DNA of 51,654 nt, from the NCBI GenBank assembly GCA_964419505.1, contig CAYQPZ010000001.1, positions 1-51,654 on the forward strand. Direction: 5' to 3'. Origin of the DNA: an uncultured Candidatus Nitrosopelagicus sp. (GTDB lineage: Archaea > Thermoproteota > Nitrososphaeria > Nitrososphaerales > Nitrosopumilaceae). Below the pieces are notes generated by a model. The model was not told the origin of the DNA and ran no database searches. It saw only the letters and a list, made by a program, of their open reading frames with translations. The position numbers and the translations under genes were made by a program. Below are positions 10,300 through 20,443 of the stretch, piece after piece; within the stretch, counting starts at the first letter, position 1, and every line of letters begins with the position of its first letter.

Positions 10300-11652
10300 T
10301 TAACTGCCTAAGAAATCTAAGTAAGAATTTGACTGGGAATTTTTTGATAATTTACTTTGGCAGTCGTATACAAATGGAATTAGTGATTTCTCATAGATCT
10401 CTTTAACTCGTTGTTCTACTTCGTTATGATGCTGTACTATACACAAACAATCAATATTTTTGACTGAATCATCATCCAGATCTGTTAAAATTTTAAAATT
10501 TAACTCTGTTATGTGATTCTCAATTAAATATTTCTCACTAAATTTAGTATTAAAGAAAGGATCAAAACCATATACCATAAAACCTCTTGACTTCATTTCT
10601 TGGATTATTTTGAAACTAGGCGAGTCTCTCATATCTTCTACATTGGCTTTGTATGACAAGCCACATACTAGAATAGTTTTTTGTAATTTTAATTCCTCAA
10701 GTTTATTTTCAATCGCGTCACAGATGTATTTTGGCATATGATCATTAATTTCAATTGCATGTTCTATTGAATCAAATCGTGATTCTAGTTTTCTTGCAGA
10801 TTCTAATAGAAATCGTGGATCCTTAGGTATACAATGTCCACCAGCCCCTGCACCAGGATAGTGAGGCATGAATCCGAATGGTTTTGTAGCAGCTGCATTA
10901 ATTACTTCTTTTACATTAATTCCTAATTTATCACAAAGAATTGCCAATTCATTGACCAAAGAAATATTCACTAATCTAAAAGCATTTTCAAATGATTTTA
11001 CAACTTCAGCTATTTTTGGTGAGTCAACACGGATTAAATTTCCACCATTCACATTATCATAAATTATTTTTGATATAGAAAATGTAATGTCATCTGAACA
11101 ATAAATCACTCTAGGTATATTCTCTATTCCCCATTCTTTATTACTAGGATCTACTCTTTCTGGACAAAAAGATAAACCAAAATTTTTGCCCAACGTGAAT
11201 CCCCCATCCTTGATAATTTCTGACATTTTGTCAGTGGTACCAACTTCTATACTACTCTCTAAAATCAAAACATCACATTCTTTTGAAGACTCCAAAAAAT
11301 TTTCAATTGCTGCTTTAACAAAAATATCAGAATTAGTATTTTTGTTAGGAATTGGAGTTGGAACACAAACTATACCTATTTTAGGATTTTCTGACTGTAT
11401 GGACTTGTTAGATAGCTTCAAACTTCCATTGTTTCTGCATTCCAAAAACTCCTTTTCTAGATATAACTCAGAGTCCAAAAGAATATTCTTTTCTAGTCTT
11501 TGAATTCTTTCTTGATTGATATCTATTCCTGTGACATTTATTTTTTTACTTGCAAGACGAACAGCCAATGGAAATCCAACATAACCAAGACCAATAATCT
11601 CTACAGAAAATAAATTTGACTTAATTTTTTCTAATGTATCTTTTAGTGACAT
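10300..11652 (-). CDS. UDP-N-acetylhexosamine 6-dehydrogenase (WecC/WbpA family)
   Basis: GLGYVG, CVPTP, CPERVDP, KSFENAFR, GGHCIPKDP, DMRDSP. Confidence 0.92.
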   Translation of the reverse strand: MSLKDTLEKIKSNLFSVEIIGLGYVGFPLAVRLASKKINVTGIDINQERIQRLEKNILLDSELYLEKEFLECRNNGSLKLSNKSIQSENPKIGIVCVPTPIPNKNTNSDIFVKAAIENFLESSKECDVLILESSIEVGTTDKMSEIIKDGGFTLGKNFGLSFCPERVDPSNKEWGIENIPRVIYCSDDITFSISKIIYDNVNGGNLIRVDSPKIAEVVKSFENAFRLVNISLVNELAILCDKLGINVKEVINAAATKPFGFMPHYPGAGAGGHCIPKDPRFLLESARKLESRFDSIEHAIEINDHMPKYICDAIENKLEELKLQKTILVCGLSYKANVEDMRDSPSFKIIQEMKSRGFMVYGFDPFFNTKFSEKYLIENHITELNFKILTDLDDDSVKNIDCLCIVQHHNEVEQRVKEIYEKSLIPFVYDCQSKLSKNSQSNSYLDFLGS

Positions 11653-11708
11653 AAACTACTTTATTGTCTTAATTTGGAACTATTTGTATATTAGGAGACA
11701 ATTATCTT

Positions 11709-12836
11709 TTAATTTTTAATCGAAACCAATTCTGTATAAATTTCTGCTTCCCTTTTCTCAATTTTTTCTTTATCGAATTCCAACGCCTTTATTTTCGCTT
11801 TATCTGCAAATTTTTTACGTAATAATTCGTCAGTAAGTAATTCATTGATCGATCCTGCAAACGAATCAGGATTGGGTTCTGTAAAAACTACATTTCCTTC
11901 TAATCCCTCAGAAAAGTTTTCTTTTGATGGCGGAATTACAATAGCTAATCCAGCTGCCATTGCCTCCATAACTGGCATAGGAATTCCTTCAATCTCAGGA
12001 TTGTATGCAAGTGCAAAGATATCTGCTGATTTATAATAATTTTGTATTTCATTATGTGGAACTGATTTTTTTATAATTACTTTATCATCCAAGTCACTAT
12101 TTTTAATTAACTTCTCAAGTTCATCATATAACAATCCATTACCTATGATCATTAAATTAGCATTAACATTTTTCATAGATTGGATTGTGCACTCATGATT
12201 TTTTACAGGAATTAAAGCGCCAACTGATATGATCAGTGGTATCTGTAAATATTCTAGCGGTATCGCATTTGCAAATTTTTCACAGTCAACCTTGTTATGA
12301 AGAATCTCTGGTTTATTGTTGCAGTGCTTTAAGACGTATGGTTCTATAATCTTGTATATTATAGTAATTTTATCTGCAGATTCTAGAACAAATGGTTCAA
12401 TGAATTTTTCTGTATACTTTAACGCCAAATATTTTTTGAAATTAGTTTTTTTCAGAATTCTTCGATTACTATCGTATTGTGTATGTAAAGATAGAAGAAA
12501 AGGAATTTTCAATTCTTTTGCGCATTTTGCCGCTAGCCAACCTTCTATGAATGGATTATATGCTCTAATCACATCTGGTTGAATTTCTTTTACTATTGCA
12601 ATTACATCTTCTAGGTGATTGTTTCTATTTTTTATATTGATTTTCCCTACTGAATGAATTACGATCTTAGCTTTTCCCCCGATTACTTGGATTTTTGAGG
12701 ATTCTATATCTTGGTCAATTAAAGTAATAAAATGGATTTCACTGAAGACATTTTGAGGATTATAATATCTCTCTTTAATCTCTCCTTTATCATAATATGC
12801 CTGAATCGGATCATTTGGAAAAATACATAATTTCAT
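11709..12836 (-). CDS. Glycosyltransferase family 4
   Basis: ISVGALIPVKN, ADIFAL, EGIPMPVMEAMAAG. Confidence 0.88.
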   Translation of the reverse strand: MKLCIFPNDPIQAYYDKGEIKERYYNPQNVFSEIHFITLIDQDIESSKIQVIGGKAKIVIHSVGKINIKNRNNHLEDVIAIVKEIQPDVIRAYNPFIEGWLAAKCAKELKIPFLLSLHTQYDSNRRILKKTNFKKYLALKYTEKFIEPFVLESADKITIIYKIIEPYVLKHCNNKPEILHNKVDCEKFANAIPLEYLQIPLIISVGALIPVKNHECTIQSMKNVNANLMIIGNGLLYDELEKLIKNSDLDDKVIIKKSVPHNEIQNYYKSADIFALAYNPEIEGIPMPVMEAMAAGLAIVIPPSKENFSEGLEGNVVFTEPNPDSFAGSINELLTDELLRKKFADKAKIKALEFDKEKIEKREAEIYTELVSIKN

Positions 12837-12955
12837 TACTTGCCACTTTTATTGAAATAACATAGTATACTTAATAGAATTTCTGTCTACATAATTTCTT
12901 TTTTATTCATCAAGTATAGAATTACTTATTATACAAAATAATATGATGAAAAATT

Positions 12956-13801
12956 ATGTTTCGGAAAATTGCAAAAAAGATACTAACAAGGTCTCCTAAG
13001 GCATATACTGCTATTCATACTAGTAATTTCGAACGTACACATAAACAAGATTTTTCAAAATTAGGTGACAAAGAAAAAGAAGCATTGTTAGAAATCCAAA
13101 AAAATGGATATGCTGTAATACCAAATTTCTTTGATAAAGAAATCTGTGAGGCATGCATTAGAGACATGGATGTAATGTATGATACCAAAAAAGAGTTTGT
13201 TCATAATACAGAGTATGCTGATTCTAGAATTTTTGGAGCTGAAGACCTTTCTGAAAATATTAGAAAATTTGCAGATGATTCATTTTTGCACAAAATAGCT
13301 AATGCATATAATGCAGTTCCAACAAGTAATGGCTTTACATTAGCTGGAAGGATTAAAGCAACAGGACATGAATTTGGTTCTGGTGGTTCATGGCATCGAG
13401 ATAGTTATTTTCGTCAATTCAAATCTCTTCTTTATCTAACAGATGTAAATGTAGAAAATGGACCATTTCAAGTAATTCATAGATCACATAGATCAAAACA
13501 AATTTCAATCGATTCAAAAAATGCAAATTTAGAATCAATGCAGTGTTCATTTAATCAAAACATTGTTGAAAAAATTTTGAATGAAAATCCTGATAGATTA
13601 AAGACATTAACTGGTAATGCGGGAACACTAGTATTAGTTGATACATCAATAATACACAGGGGACTTCCTCTAGAAGAGGGTGTCAGATACGCATTAACAA
13701 ATTATTTCTTTGAAAACACACAGATAAATTCTCATCTTGTGGAACACTTTGCACCTATAGTTTCACCAGATAAAGTACTAAAAATGGGACAAAATAATTA
13801 G
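12956..13801 (+). CDS. Phytanoyl-CoA dioxygenase (PhyH)-family Fe(II)/2-oxoglutarate dioxygenase
   Basis: NGYAVIPNF, WHRD (HxD), YLTDV..ENGP, IIHRG, RYALTNY. Confidence 0.85.
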   Translation: MFRKIAKKILTRSPKAYTAIHTSNFERTHKQDFSKLGDKEKEALLEIQKNGYAVIPNFFDKEICEACIRDMDVMYDTKKEFVHNTEYADSRIFGAEDLSENIRKFADDSFLHKIANAYNAVPTSNGFTLAGRIKATGHEFGSGGSWHRDSYFRQFKSLLYLTDVNVENGPFQVIHRSHRSKQISIDSKNANLESMQCSFNQNIVEKILNENPDRLKTLTGNAGTLVLVDTSIIHRGLPLEEGVRYALTNYFFENTQINSHLVEHFAPIVSPDKVLKMGQNN

Positions 13802-13878
13802 TGTTTTAGACTTTTTTGTAAATTAGTCTATCAATTTACTCTTATACTTTTTTTGAACATAGTTTTTAGAATCCTAAC

Positions 13879-14988
13879 ATGAGTTTACATGTAAAAATTT
13901 CTTCAGAAATTAATGAGAATGAATGGAATGAAGAGTTATCCAAGAATACTGGCTCGACCGTATATCAAACGTATAATTGGCAAAAACTTTATCGTGAAGT
14001 ATTTGGTTCAAAACCAGTATTCATTACTATAACTAATAATTCTGGAATTGTGGTTGGACAACTTGCATGTTTAATTCATGAAAAAATGGAGGTGACTGAT
14101 ACAAATCCTCTATCTAAAAAGATTGGAAATTTACTTGGATTAGGTACTTCATTGTGGTGGTATCACGGACCTATTATTCATGATAAGGATAAAAGCGATG
14201 AAATACTTGAAATCATTTTATCCTCAGTTGATAAAATTGCTCAAGATAATAATGTCATAAACATAAGAGGTATTTCTTCACCCCTAACAGATCAACTTCC
14301 TACTAAAACTTTTGAAGAATTTGGATATAATGCTGAATCAAGATTAACCTTCATAGTTGATTTAAATCAAACCACTGATGATTTGTATAATTCTTTGAAA
14401 AAAGATCCAAGATATTATATACGAAAATCAGAGAATCAGGGTTTTGATTTTGAGATTGCTAATGATATGGAAGGTTTGGAAAAATTTCAAGATTTAAAAA
14501 TTGCGGCAAAAAAAGATGGTGGAAAAAAATATGTTAGAAATCCTAAATTTTACAAAAAACATTGGGAGATAATGCAAAATAATGGATATGAAGAATGGTT
14601 GCTAGCAAGACATAATGGTAAAATCAGGGGTACAATTCTTACATTATTTTTTAATGGAAATGTAATACAACACGCATTAGCTAATTCTCCTGAAAAAGAA
14701 CTTGTAGGAACTTTTCTAACATGGAACACCATTAAATGGGCACAAAAAATGAAATATAGTACATTTGATTTTGCTGGAGTGGATCCATTTCCTAAAACAG
14801 AAAAAGAAAAAGGAATCTATTTTTATGCTGCTAAATTTGGTGGTAAAAAGATTGATTTTTTTTCATATACAAAAATTATTGATCGAAAGAAGTACTATCT
14901 AACTTCAGGTATTAAGAATCCTAGAAAAATAATCTCTAAATATCATAATTATAAATCAAAAAAACTAGAAAGGATGTCTGACAAATGA
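13879..14988 (+). CDS. FemAB/FemX-like GNAT aminoacyltransferase
   Basis: TVYQTYNW, HGPI, TFIVDL, RYYIRK, FDFAGV, KFGG. Confidence 0.82.
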   Translation: MSLHVKISSEINENEWNEELSKNTGSTVYQTYNWQKLYREVFGSKPVFITITNNSGIVVGQLACLIHEKMEVTDTNPLSKKIGNLLGLGTSLWWYHGPIIHDKDKSDEILEIILSSVDKIAQDNNVINIRGISSPLTDQLPTKTFEEFGYNAESRLTFIVDLNQTTDDLYNSLKKDPRYYIRKSENQGFDFEIANDMEGLEKFQDLKIAAKKDGGKKYVRNPKFYKKHWEIMQNNGYEEWLLARHNGKIRGTILTLFFNGNVIQHALANSPEKELVGTFLTWNTIKWAQKMKYSTFDFAGVDPFPKTEKEKGIYFYAAKFGGKKIDFFSYTKIIDRKKYYLTSGIKNPRKIISKYHNYKSKKLERMSDK

Positions 14989-15686
14989 CTTCATCTGTTA
15001 AAAAAGGAAAGAAATTATACAGTGAAAAAGGACTTTCTGGGTTATTTCAAGCTGCAATATTCAAATTTTTAGCAAATTCTTTTGGCATTCCATCTCGAAA
15101 AATTGCCGTCTTTAATGGCATTGCTGTTAGAGGTGCAAGCATATCCTCTAAAATAGATATTTTTCCAGAACACGAGGCTGAATTAATATCTGCAATTCGA
15201 GATTATGTTAAACACGGTGAAAGAGTTCTTGTAATTGGAGGAGGAAGTGGAGCATCCACAGTTGCTGTTGCACATCAAGTAGGTATTGCAGGTAGTGTTG
15301 TTAGTTATGAGGCGAACAAAAATTCTTTTGCTCGAACAAGAGAAACAATTAATCTCAACAAAGTAGATGATCGTGTTGAAGTTTATCATACAATAATAGA
15401 GAAACCCGTTCATTTATTGGGAGAAATAGGAAATCCGACAACTCTTGCAGCAAAGGAACTTCCTGATTGTGATGCATTAGTTATGGATTGTGAAGGTGCA
15501 GAACTACCTATTTTAGAAAATATCAAAGTTAGACCAAGATTAATTATTGTTGAAGCTCATCCATCATTAAATTCACCTAAAGAAGAGGTGAAAAAATTAT
15601 TGGACAAATTGGGGTACGATATAATTTCTTCTGTTGCTAGAGGTACATCACTAGACGTATTATCTGCCATCCGGAAAACTGGGTGA
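14985..15686 (+). CDS. FkbM-like SAM methyltransferase
   Basis: VLVIGGGSG, VVSYEAN, LVMDCEGAE; ATGA overlap with the upstream gene. Confidence 0.8.
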   Translation: MTSSVKKGKKLYSEKGLSGLFQAAIFKFLANSFGIPSRKIAVFNGIAVRGASISSKIDIFPEHEAELISAIRDYVKHGERVLVIGGGSGASTVAVAHQVGIAGSVVSYEANKNSFARTRETINLNKVDDRVEVYHTIIEKPVHLLGEIGNPTTLAAKELPDCDALVMDCEGAELPILENIKVRPRLIIVEAHPSLNSPKEEVKKLLDKLGYDIISSVARGTSLDVLSAIRKTG

Positions 15687-15693
15687 AAATATA

Positions 15694-17202
15694 TTGTCAG
15701 AAGTTCGTGTCACATATTCTGGATTAATAGGATTAGCAATAGGACTTTCTACTGTTGTCACGGGTTTAATCTTTATTCTGATTGTCACCAGAAGTTTTAC
15801 TCCAGAACAACTGGGTTCGTGGGGTCTAATTGGAGGTTTAATTACATATGTAGTAATTCTCGAGCCAATGATTTCTTATTGGGCAACGAGGGAAATTGCA
15901 CGAGATGTTAATTCAGGAAAAACCGCCGTGGTTAGTAGTGGTATATTTTCAATTGTAGGAACTCTAGCTTTTCTTCTAATAGCATTTTTGGTGAGTGATC
16001 CCACAGGCACTGACACTGATATTTTATTTTTTGCAGCATTAATTATTCCTTTTTCATTTTTGAATCGAACTTTGTCCGCAATAGCTTTGGCCTGGAAACC
16101 ACATGTCAAAAGTTATGGCATGCTTATTTTTGATTGCGCAAAGATTCCAGCAGCATTAATTTTTGTCTACTTTATGGAATTAGGAGTACCTGGAGTAATT
16201 TTAGCCTTAATCGTAGCCTATATTCCAAGCATTATGACTTTAGGGATTCTATCAAGAAAAAAACTTCAAAATAATTTTAACAGACAGTTTCTGAAAAACT
16301 GGTTAACTAGAGCCTGGCTTCCTTCATACATAAAATTTCCCAATTTAGTAGTTTTAGATGTTCTAATATTTTCATTGATCACTGGTTCTGTAGTAGGATT
16401 AGCATATTGGGTGACTGCTACGGCAGTTGGTACAGCGGTACGTCATTCTAGTCAAATAACAAGAGCCGTCTATCCAAAGTTACTAAGTGGTGGAAGAAAA
16501 GAATACTTGCAATCAAATTTAATAAGATTATTTTATTTTGCATTTTTATTTATGGCAATCTCAATTGCTTTTGCAAAACCGGTATTATTTGCGCTTAATC
16601 CAATTTATGATATAGCAGCACTAGTTGTAATATTCATTACAATTCGTTCATTCCTAAAAATACTAGGTAGCTCATTCACACAAGCATTACAAGGAATAGA
16701 GGAAGTAGATACAAAAAAATCTACACAGAAGGACTACCTAAAAAGCAAATTATTTTATCTACCTTCTATACGATTAATTCGTCGTGGTGTATATCTTGGT
16801 ATTTTGGCAGTTGGACTTTTCCTTTTAGTACAATCAGACGCTTCCCAAATAGAACTGGTGACTTATTGGGCGATTATACTCTTCATTGTTGAAATCCCAT
16901 TTACTATCTATTATTATCATTTAGTCAGAAAGAATTTTCCACTTTCACTTGATATTGGTGCAATCATGAAATATTTGGTAATTAGTGTTGGTGTATTTGG
17001 CTCAGTGTATTTTCTCATGGAAAAATTCCTAGTTTATGAAACAAGTATTTTCCAATTTTTACCAAACTTAATTCCGTTTCTACTTTTAGGAATTTCTGCA
17101 TACTTCGGTTTAACCTATCTAACAGATAAGAAAACTAAGAAATTGTATAATGCAATTTTCTTAGAAATTAGACGAAAAAAAAATAAACGAGGGACAGAGT
17201 GA
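15694..17202 (+). CDS. Wzx/MOP-family oligosaccharide flippase
   Basis: About 12-14 hydrophobic segments in 502 aa; TRSFTPEQLGSW, YWATREIAR, VYPKLL. Confidence 0.8.
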   Translation: MSEVRVTYSGLIGLAIGLSTVVTGLIFILIVTRSFTPEQLGSWGLIGGLITYVVILEPMISYWATREIARDVNSGKTAVVSSGIFSIVGTLAFLLIAFLVSDPTGTDTDILFFAALIIPFSFLNRTLSAIALAWKPHVKSYGMLIFDCAKIPAALIFVYFMELGVPGVILALIVAYIPSIMTLGILSRKKLQNNFNRQFLKNWLTRAWLPSYIKFPNLVVLDVLIFSLITGSVVGLAYWVTATAVGTAVRHSSQITRAVYPKLLSGGRKEYLQSNLIRLFYFAFLFMAISIAFAKPVLFALNPIYDIAALVVIFITIRSFLKILGSSFTQALQGIEEVDTKKSTQKDYLKSKLFYLPSIRLIRRGVYLGILAVGLFLLVQSDASQIELVTYWAIILFIVEIPFTIYYYHLVRKNFPLSLDIGAIMKYLVISVGVFGSVYFLMEKFLVYETSIFQFLPNLIPFLLLGISAYFGLTYLTDKKTKKLYNAIFLEIRRKKNKRGTE

Positions 17203-17211
17203 TAAAATAAA

Positions 17212-18591
17212 ATGGAAAAAACAAAAAAACCAAACATCTTTTTTTTACTTATTGATTCATTTCGATCTGATAAATTCTATGGAAATGAAAAAACATCAAT
17301 TACTCCAAATTTGGATTCTTTAATTAAAGATGGAGTCTATTTTACACAAGCGATTAATTCAAGTCCAGCTTCAGTATCTGCCATATCAAGTGTTTTTACT
17401 GCAAAATGGCCTGACAGGGTTATAGTCAGTGGAATTAAAAATCATGAATTAAGCCATAAGGAACCAAATTACATCAATAGACTTAATGAATTAGGATATA
17501 ACACAACTGCACTAACGCCTGAATATTTTACTTATTCAAAACTAACGTCTGATTTTGATGTTTCATTATGGTTTAATGGTGGACTACATGACGGAGTAGG
17601 TCAACAAATTATTGATACCGTTGGCAAGTTAGAACCTCCTTGGTTTTTTTTCATTCACATACTTGACATTCATGGCACAGCAAGAAATTTTCCTAAACAA
17701 TTTAACAATAAAAAATATGGCTTTAATGAATATGAAAGACGCATATCAGCAATGGATCCTTGGTTAGGAAAGATCTTTGATAAAATTGATCAAAATAATA
17801 CATTGATCGTTGTGACTGCTGATCATTCAACAGATAGAGGAATTTATACGCCAAAACAAGAGAAAATGAAAGCCAGTTTTAATCAGAATAATTTAGAACC
17901 ATTTGTTGGTATAACAAAGAAGTTGTTGTCTAGATCTTTGACTAAAAGAATACGTGGATTTTATGTTGAAAAAAAGGTTAACACAAAAAAACAAAAAAAG
18001 GCGGCTGCATTAAAAAATATTTCAGAACTGGATCAATTTGAGAAACGCATACAAAATAATCTTGTTAATCCCGGATTTTATTTATACGATGACAGATTTA
18101 GAATACCACTTTTATTCGCAGGGCTAGGACTAGAATCAAAAATCATAGATCAGCAAATACGGTCAGTTGATATATTTCCATCAATCTTTGATATTATCGA
18201 GGCATCATCCAAAATGGACGTTGATGGATCAAGTGTAGTACCTCTCATTAAAGGTCAGAGTTTTGAGGAAAAGCCAGCCTTTATACAAATAATTACTAAT
18301 TGGTTAACAACAAAAAGTGTTAGTGATATTAACCTAATTGGAATAAGGCATAAAGGCTTCAAATACTTCCGAGCAAAGAATGATCCAGGACAAAACGTCG
18401 GTCTTTTTGATCTTACGAAAGACCCTCATGAAGTAAATAACTTGGCAGAATTATATCCTGAAAAAATAACTCAGATGGAAAAAATAATTTCTGAAATTCG
18501 AAAAGATATAGCTGATAAATTACAAAATAAATCTGAAGATCAAAATAATTCCAAGAAAAGTGCATTCAATGAGGAAAAATTAAAAAAGTAG
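17212..18591 (+). CDS. Alkaline-phosphatase-superfamily ('sulfatase-like') hydrolase/transferase
   Basis: KPNIFFLLIDSFRSD, TPNLDSL, VVTADH, RIPLLF, DIFPSI, LFDLTKDPHE; no CxPxR. Confidence 0.85.
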   Translation: MEKTKKPNIFFLLIDSFRSDKFYGNEKTSITPNLDSLIKDGVYFTQAINSSPASVSAISSVFTAKWPDRVIVSGIKNHELSHKEPNYINRLNELGYNTTALTPEYFTYSKLTSDFDVSLWFNGGLHDGVGQQIIDTVGKLEPPWFFFIHILDIHGTARNFPKQFNNKKYGFNEYERRISAMDPWLGKIFDKIDQNNTLIVVTADHSTDRGIYTPKQEKMKASFNQNNLEPFVGITKKLLSRSLTKRIRGFYVEKKVNTKKQKKAAALKNISELDQFEKRIQNNLVNPGFYLYDDRFRIPLLFAGLGLESKIIDQQIRSVDIFPSIFDIIEASSKMDVDGSSVVPLIKGQSFEEKPAFIQIITNWLTTKSVSDINLIGIRHKGFKYFRAKNDPGQNVGLFDLTKDPHEVNNLAELYPEKITQMEKIISEIRKDIADKLQNKSEDQNNSKKSAFNEEKLKK

Positions 18592-18599
18592 GTATTGTA

Positions 18600-19487
18600 T
18601 TGGCTATTTCTAATAGAATAAAACTTGGCTCTTTGCTACGTACACATAAAACAACACTTTCAATTGCACGTTCCTTAAACAAATTATCATATACAATTAC
18701 AGGCTCAATGCATGTTCTACCAGATTTTATTATAATTGGTGCTTCAAGATCAGGAACAACATCACTGTATGAATATTTGAATCAACATCCCTCAATAATT
18801 CGTGGCATTGGTAAAGAGATTCACTATTTTGATAAAAATTTTGATAGAGGAATAAAATGGTATAAATCATTTTTTCCAACCAAAAGAAAAAAATCTAAAT
18901 TAGAAGAAAAACACAACGGTAAGTGTCTTACTGGCGAATCAACTCCTAGATATCTTTTCCATCATCACAGTCCGAAGAGAGTACTTGAACTTCTACCTAA
19001 CGTTAAATTAATTGTAGTATTACGCAATCCAATAGATCGAGCCTATTCTAGATATCACCAACAAGTGGCTGTTGGTCTTGAAGAATTATCATTTGAAGAC
19101 GCCATTAATCAGGAAGAAATTAGAATTACAGATGATATGAAAAAAATGGAAAGAGATGAAAATTTTTACAGCGTTAACTTTTTTAGAAAATCCTACGTAA
19201 CTATGGGAATATATGTAAATCAACTTAAAAGATGGTTTGAATATTTTCCAAGAGAACAATTTCTTATTTTAAAGAGCGAGGATCTTAAATCAAATCCATC
19301 TGAGGTTTATAATCAAACCATAGAATTTTTAGGTTTATCAAAACATGAATTAAATTCATTTGAGTCATACAGAATGAGAAAAAATCCTCCTATTAATGAT
19401 AAAACAAGGAAGAAGTTATCTGATTTCTTTAGACCATATAATGAAGAGTTGTACCAACTATTAGGTAGGAATTTTGATTGGGAATGA
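18600..19487 (+). CDS. PAPS-dependent sulfotransferase (heparan sulfate OST-like)
   Basis: 5'-PSB PDFIIIGASRSGTTSL, KEIHYFD, GESTPRY, 3'-PB LRNPIDRAYS. Confidence 0.9.
   Translation: MAISNRIKLGSLLRTHKTTLSIARSLNKLSYTITGSMHVLPDFIIIGASRSGTTSLYEYLNQHPSIIRGIGKEIHYFDKNFDRGIKWYKSFFPTKRKKSKLEEKHNGKCLTGESTPRYLFHHHSPKRVLELLPNVKLIVVLRNPIDRAYSRYHQQVAVGLEELSFEDAINQEEIRITDDMKKMERDENFYSVNFFRKSYVTMGIYVNQLKRWFEYFPREQFLILKSEDLKSNPSEVYNQTIEFLGLSKHELNSFESYRMRKNPPINDKTRKKLSDFFRPYNEELYQLLGRNFDWE
18711..18760 (+). repeat. Direct repeat shared by the two sulfotransferases (second copy 19601-19650)
   Basis: Identical 24-mer catgttctaccagattttattata and 17-mer tcaagatcaggaacaac, offset 890 nt. Confidence 0.85.
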
Positions 19488-20383
19488 TGAGTGATACCCG
19501 TTTTAAAACACAGCTAAAGGATAAAGTCGATTACAATTCACGAATCTATCCAGTTGCCAAATCATTATACAGGGCATATTGTAATTTTGCAGGACCATTT
19601 CATGTTCTACCAGATTTTATTATATTTGGAGTCTCAAGATCAGGAACAACTTCATTATACCAATATCTTTCTCAACATCCTAACATAGAACCATCTGTAG
19701 TTAAAGAACCACGTTTTTTTGATATGTATTTTGATAGAGGCATTAATTGGTATAGAATGAATTTCCCATCAAAATGGCAGAAATTTATCTTTACTAAGTT
19801 AAAGCATAAAAAATTCATTACAGGAGAAGCATCAGGCGCATACCTCCAAAATCCTCATGCTCCAAAACGAATTCATAATCTTAACCCAAATATGAAACTC
19901 ATATTACTTCTTAGAAATCCTGTTGATAGGGCATTTTCTCATTACATAAGAAAAATGAAAAATGGTTCAGAAAAACTATCGTTTGAAGAGGTCACAGAGA
20001 AAGAAAAGACACGAATTGAAGGGGAACAGGAGAAAATGGAAAAAAATGAAAAATACTATAGCCCAATTTATCACAGTCTTGCATATATCACAACTGGGTT
20101 GTATGCGATGCGTCTCAAACGCTGGTTGAAGTATTTTTCAATGAAGCAGATTCTTGTTTTGGAAAATGGAGAGTTTTTGCGTGATCCTGAAAAAGTTTAC
20201 AATCAGGCCGTAGAATTTCTTGGCTTACCAAAGTGGAATTTACCAAATTATAAAAAATTTTCCAAACAGCGATTATCAGTTGATATGAATCCAAAAACAA
20301 GAGAGCAATTATTAGAATATTGTAAACCTTTCAACGAAGAACTCTATTCTCTTATTGGAAAGAGGTTTGATTGGGATAAATAG
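19478..20383 (+). CDS. PAPS-dependent sulfotransferase, tandem paralogue (start may be 19484 or 19487)
   Basis: PDFIIFGVSRSGTTSL, KEPRFFD, LRNPVDRAFS, FDW end. Confidence 0.9.
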   Translation: MGMMSDTRFKTQLKDKVDYNSRIYPVAKSLYRAYCNFAGPFHVLPDFIIFGVSRSGTTSLYQYLSQHPNIEPSVVKEPRFFDMYFDRGINWYRMNFPSKWQKFIFTKLKHKKFITGEASGAYLQNPHAPKRIHNLNPNMKLILLLRNPVDRAFSHYIRKMKNGSEKLSFEEVTEKEKTRIEGEQEKMEKNEKYYSPIYHSLAYITTGLYAMRLKRWLKYFSMKQILVLENGEFLRDPEKVYNQAVEFLGLPKWNLPNYKKFSKQRLSVDMNPKTREQLLEYCKPFNEELYSLIGKRFDWDK

Positions 20384-20443
20384 TTGGATGATATAGCCAC
20401 ATCAAAACATGATTCACTAATTTGATTTTTAGTGAGTTCGAAA

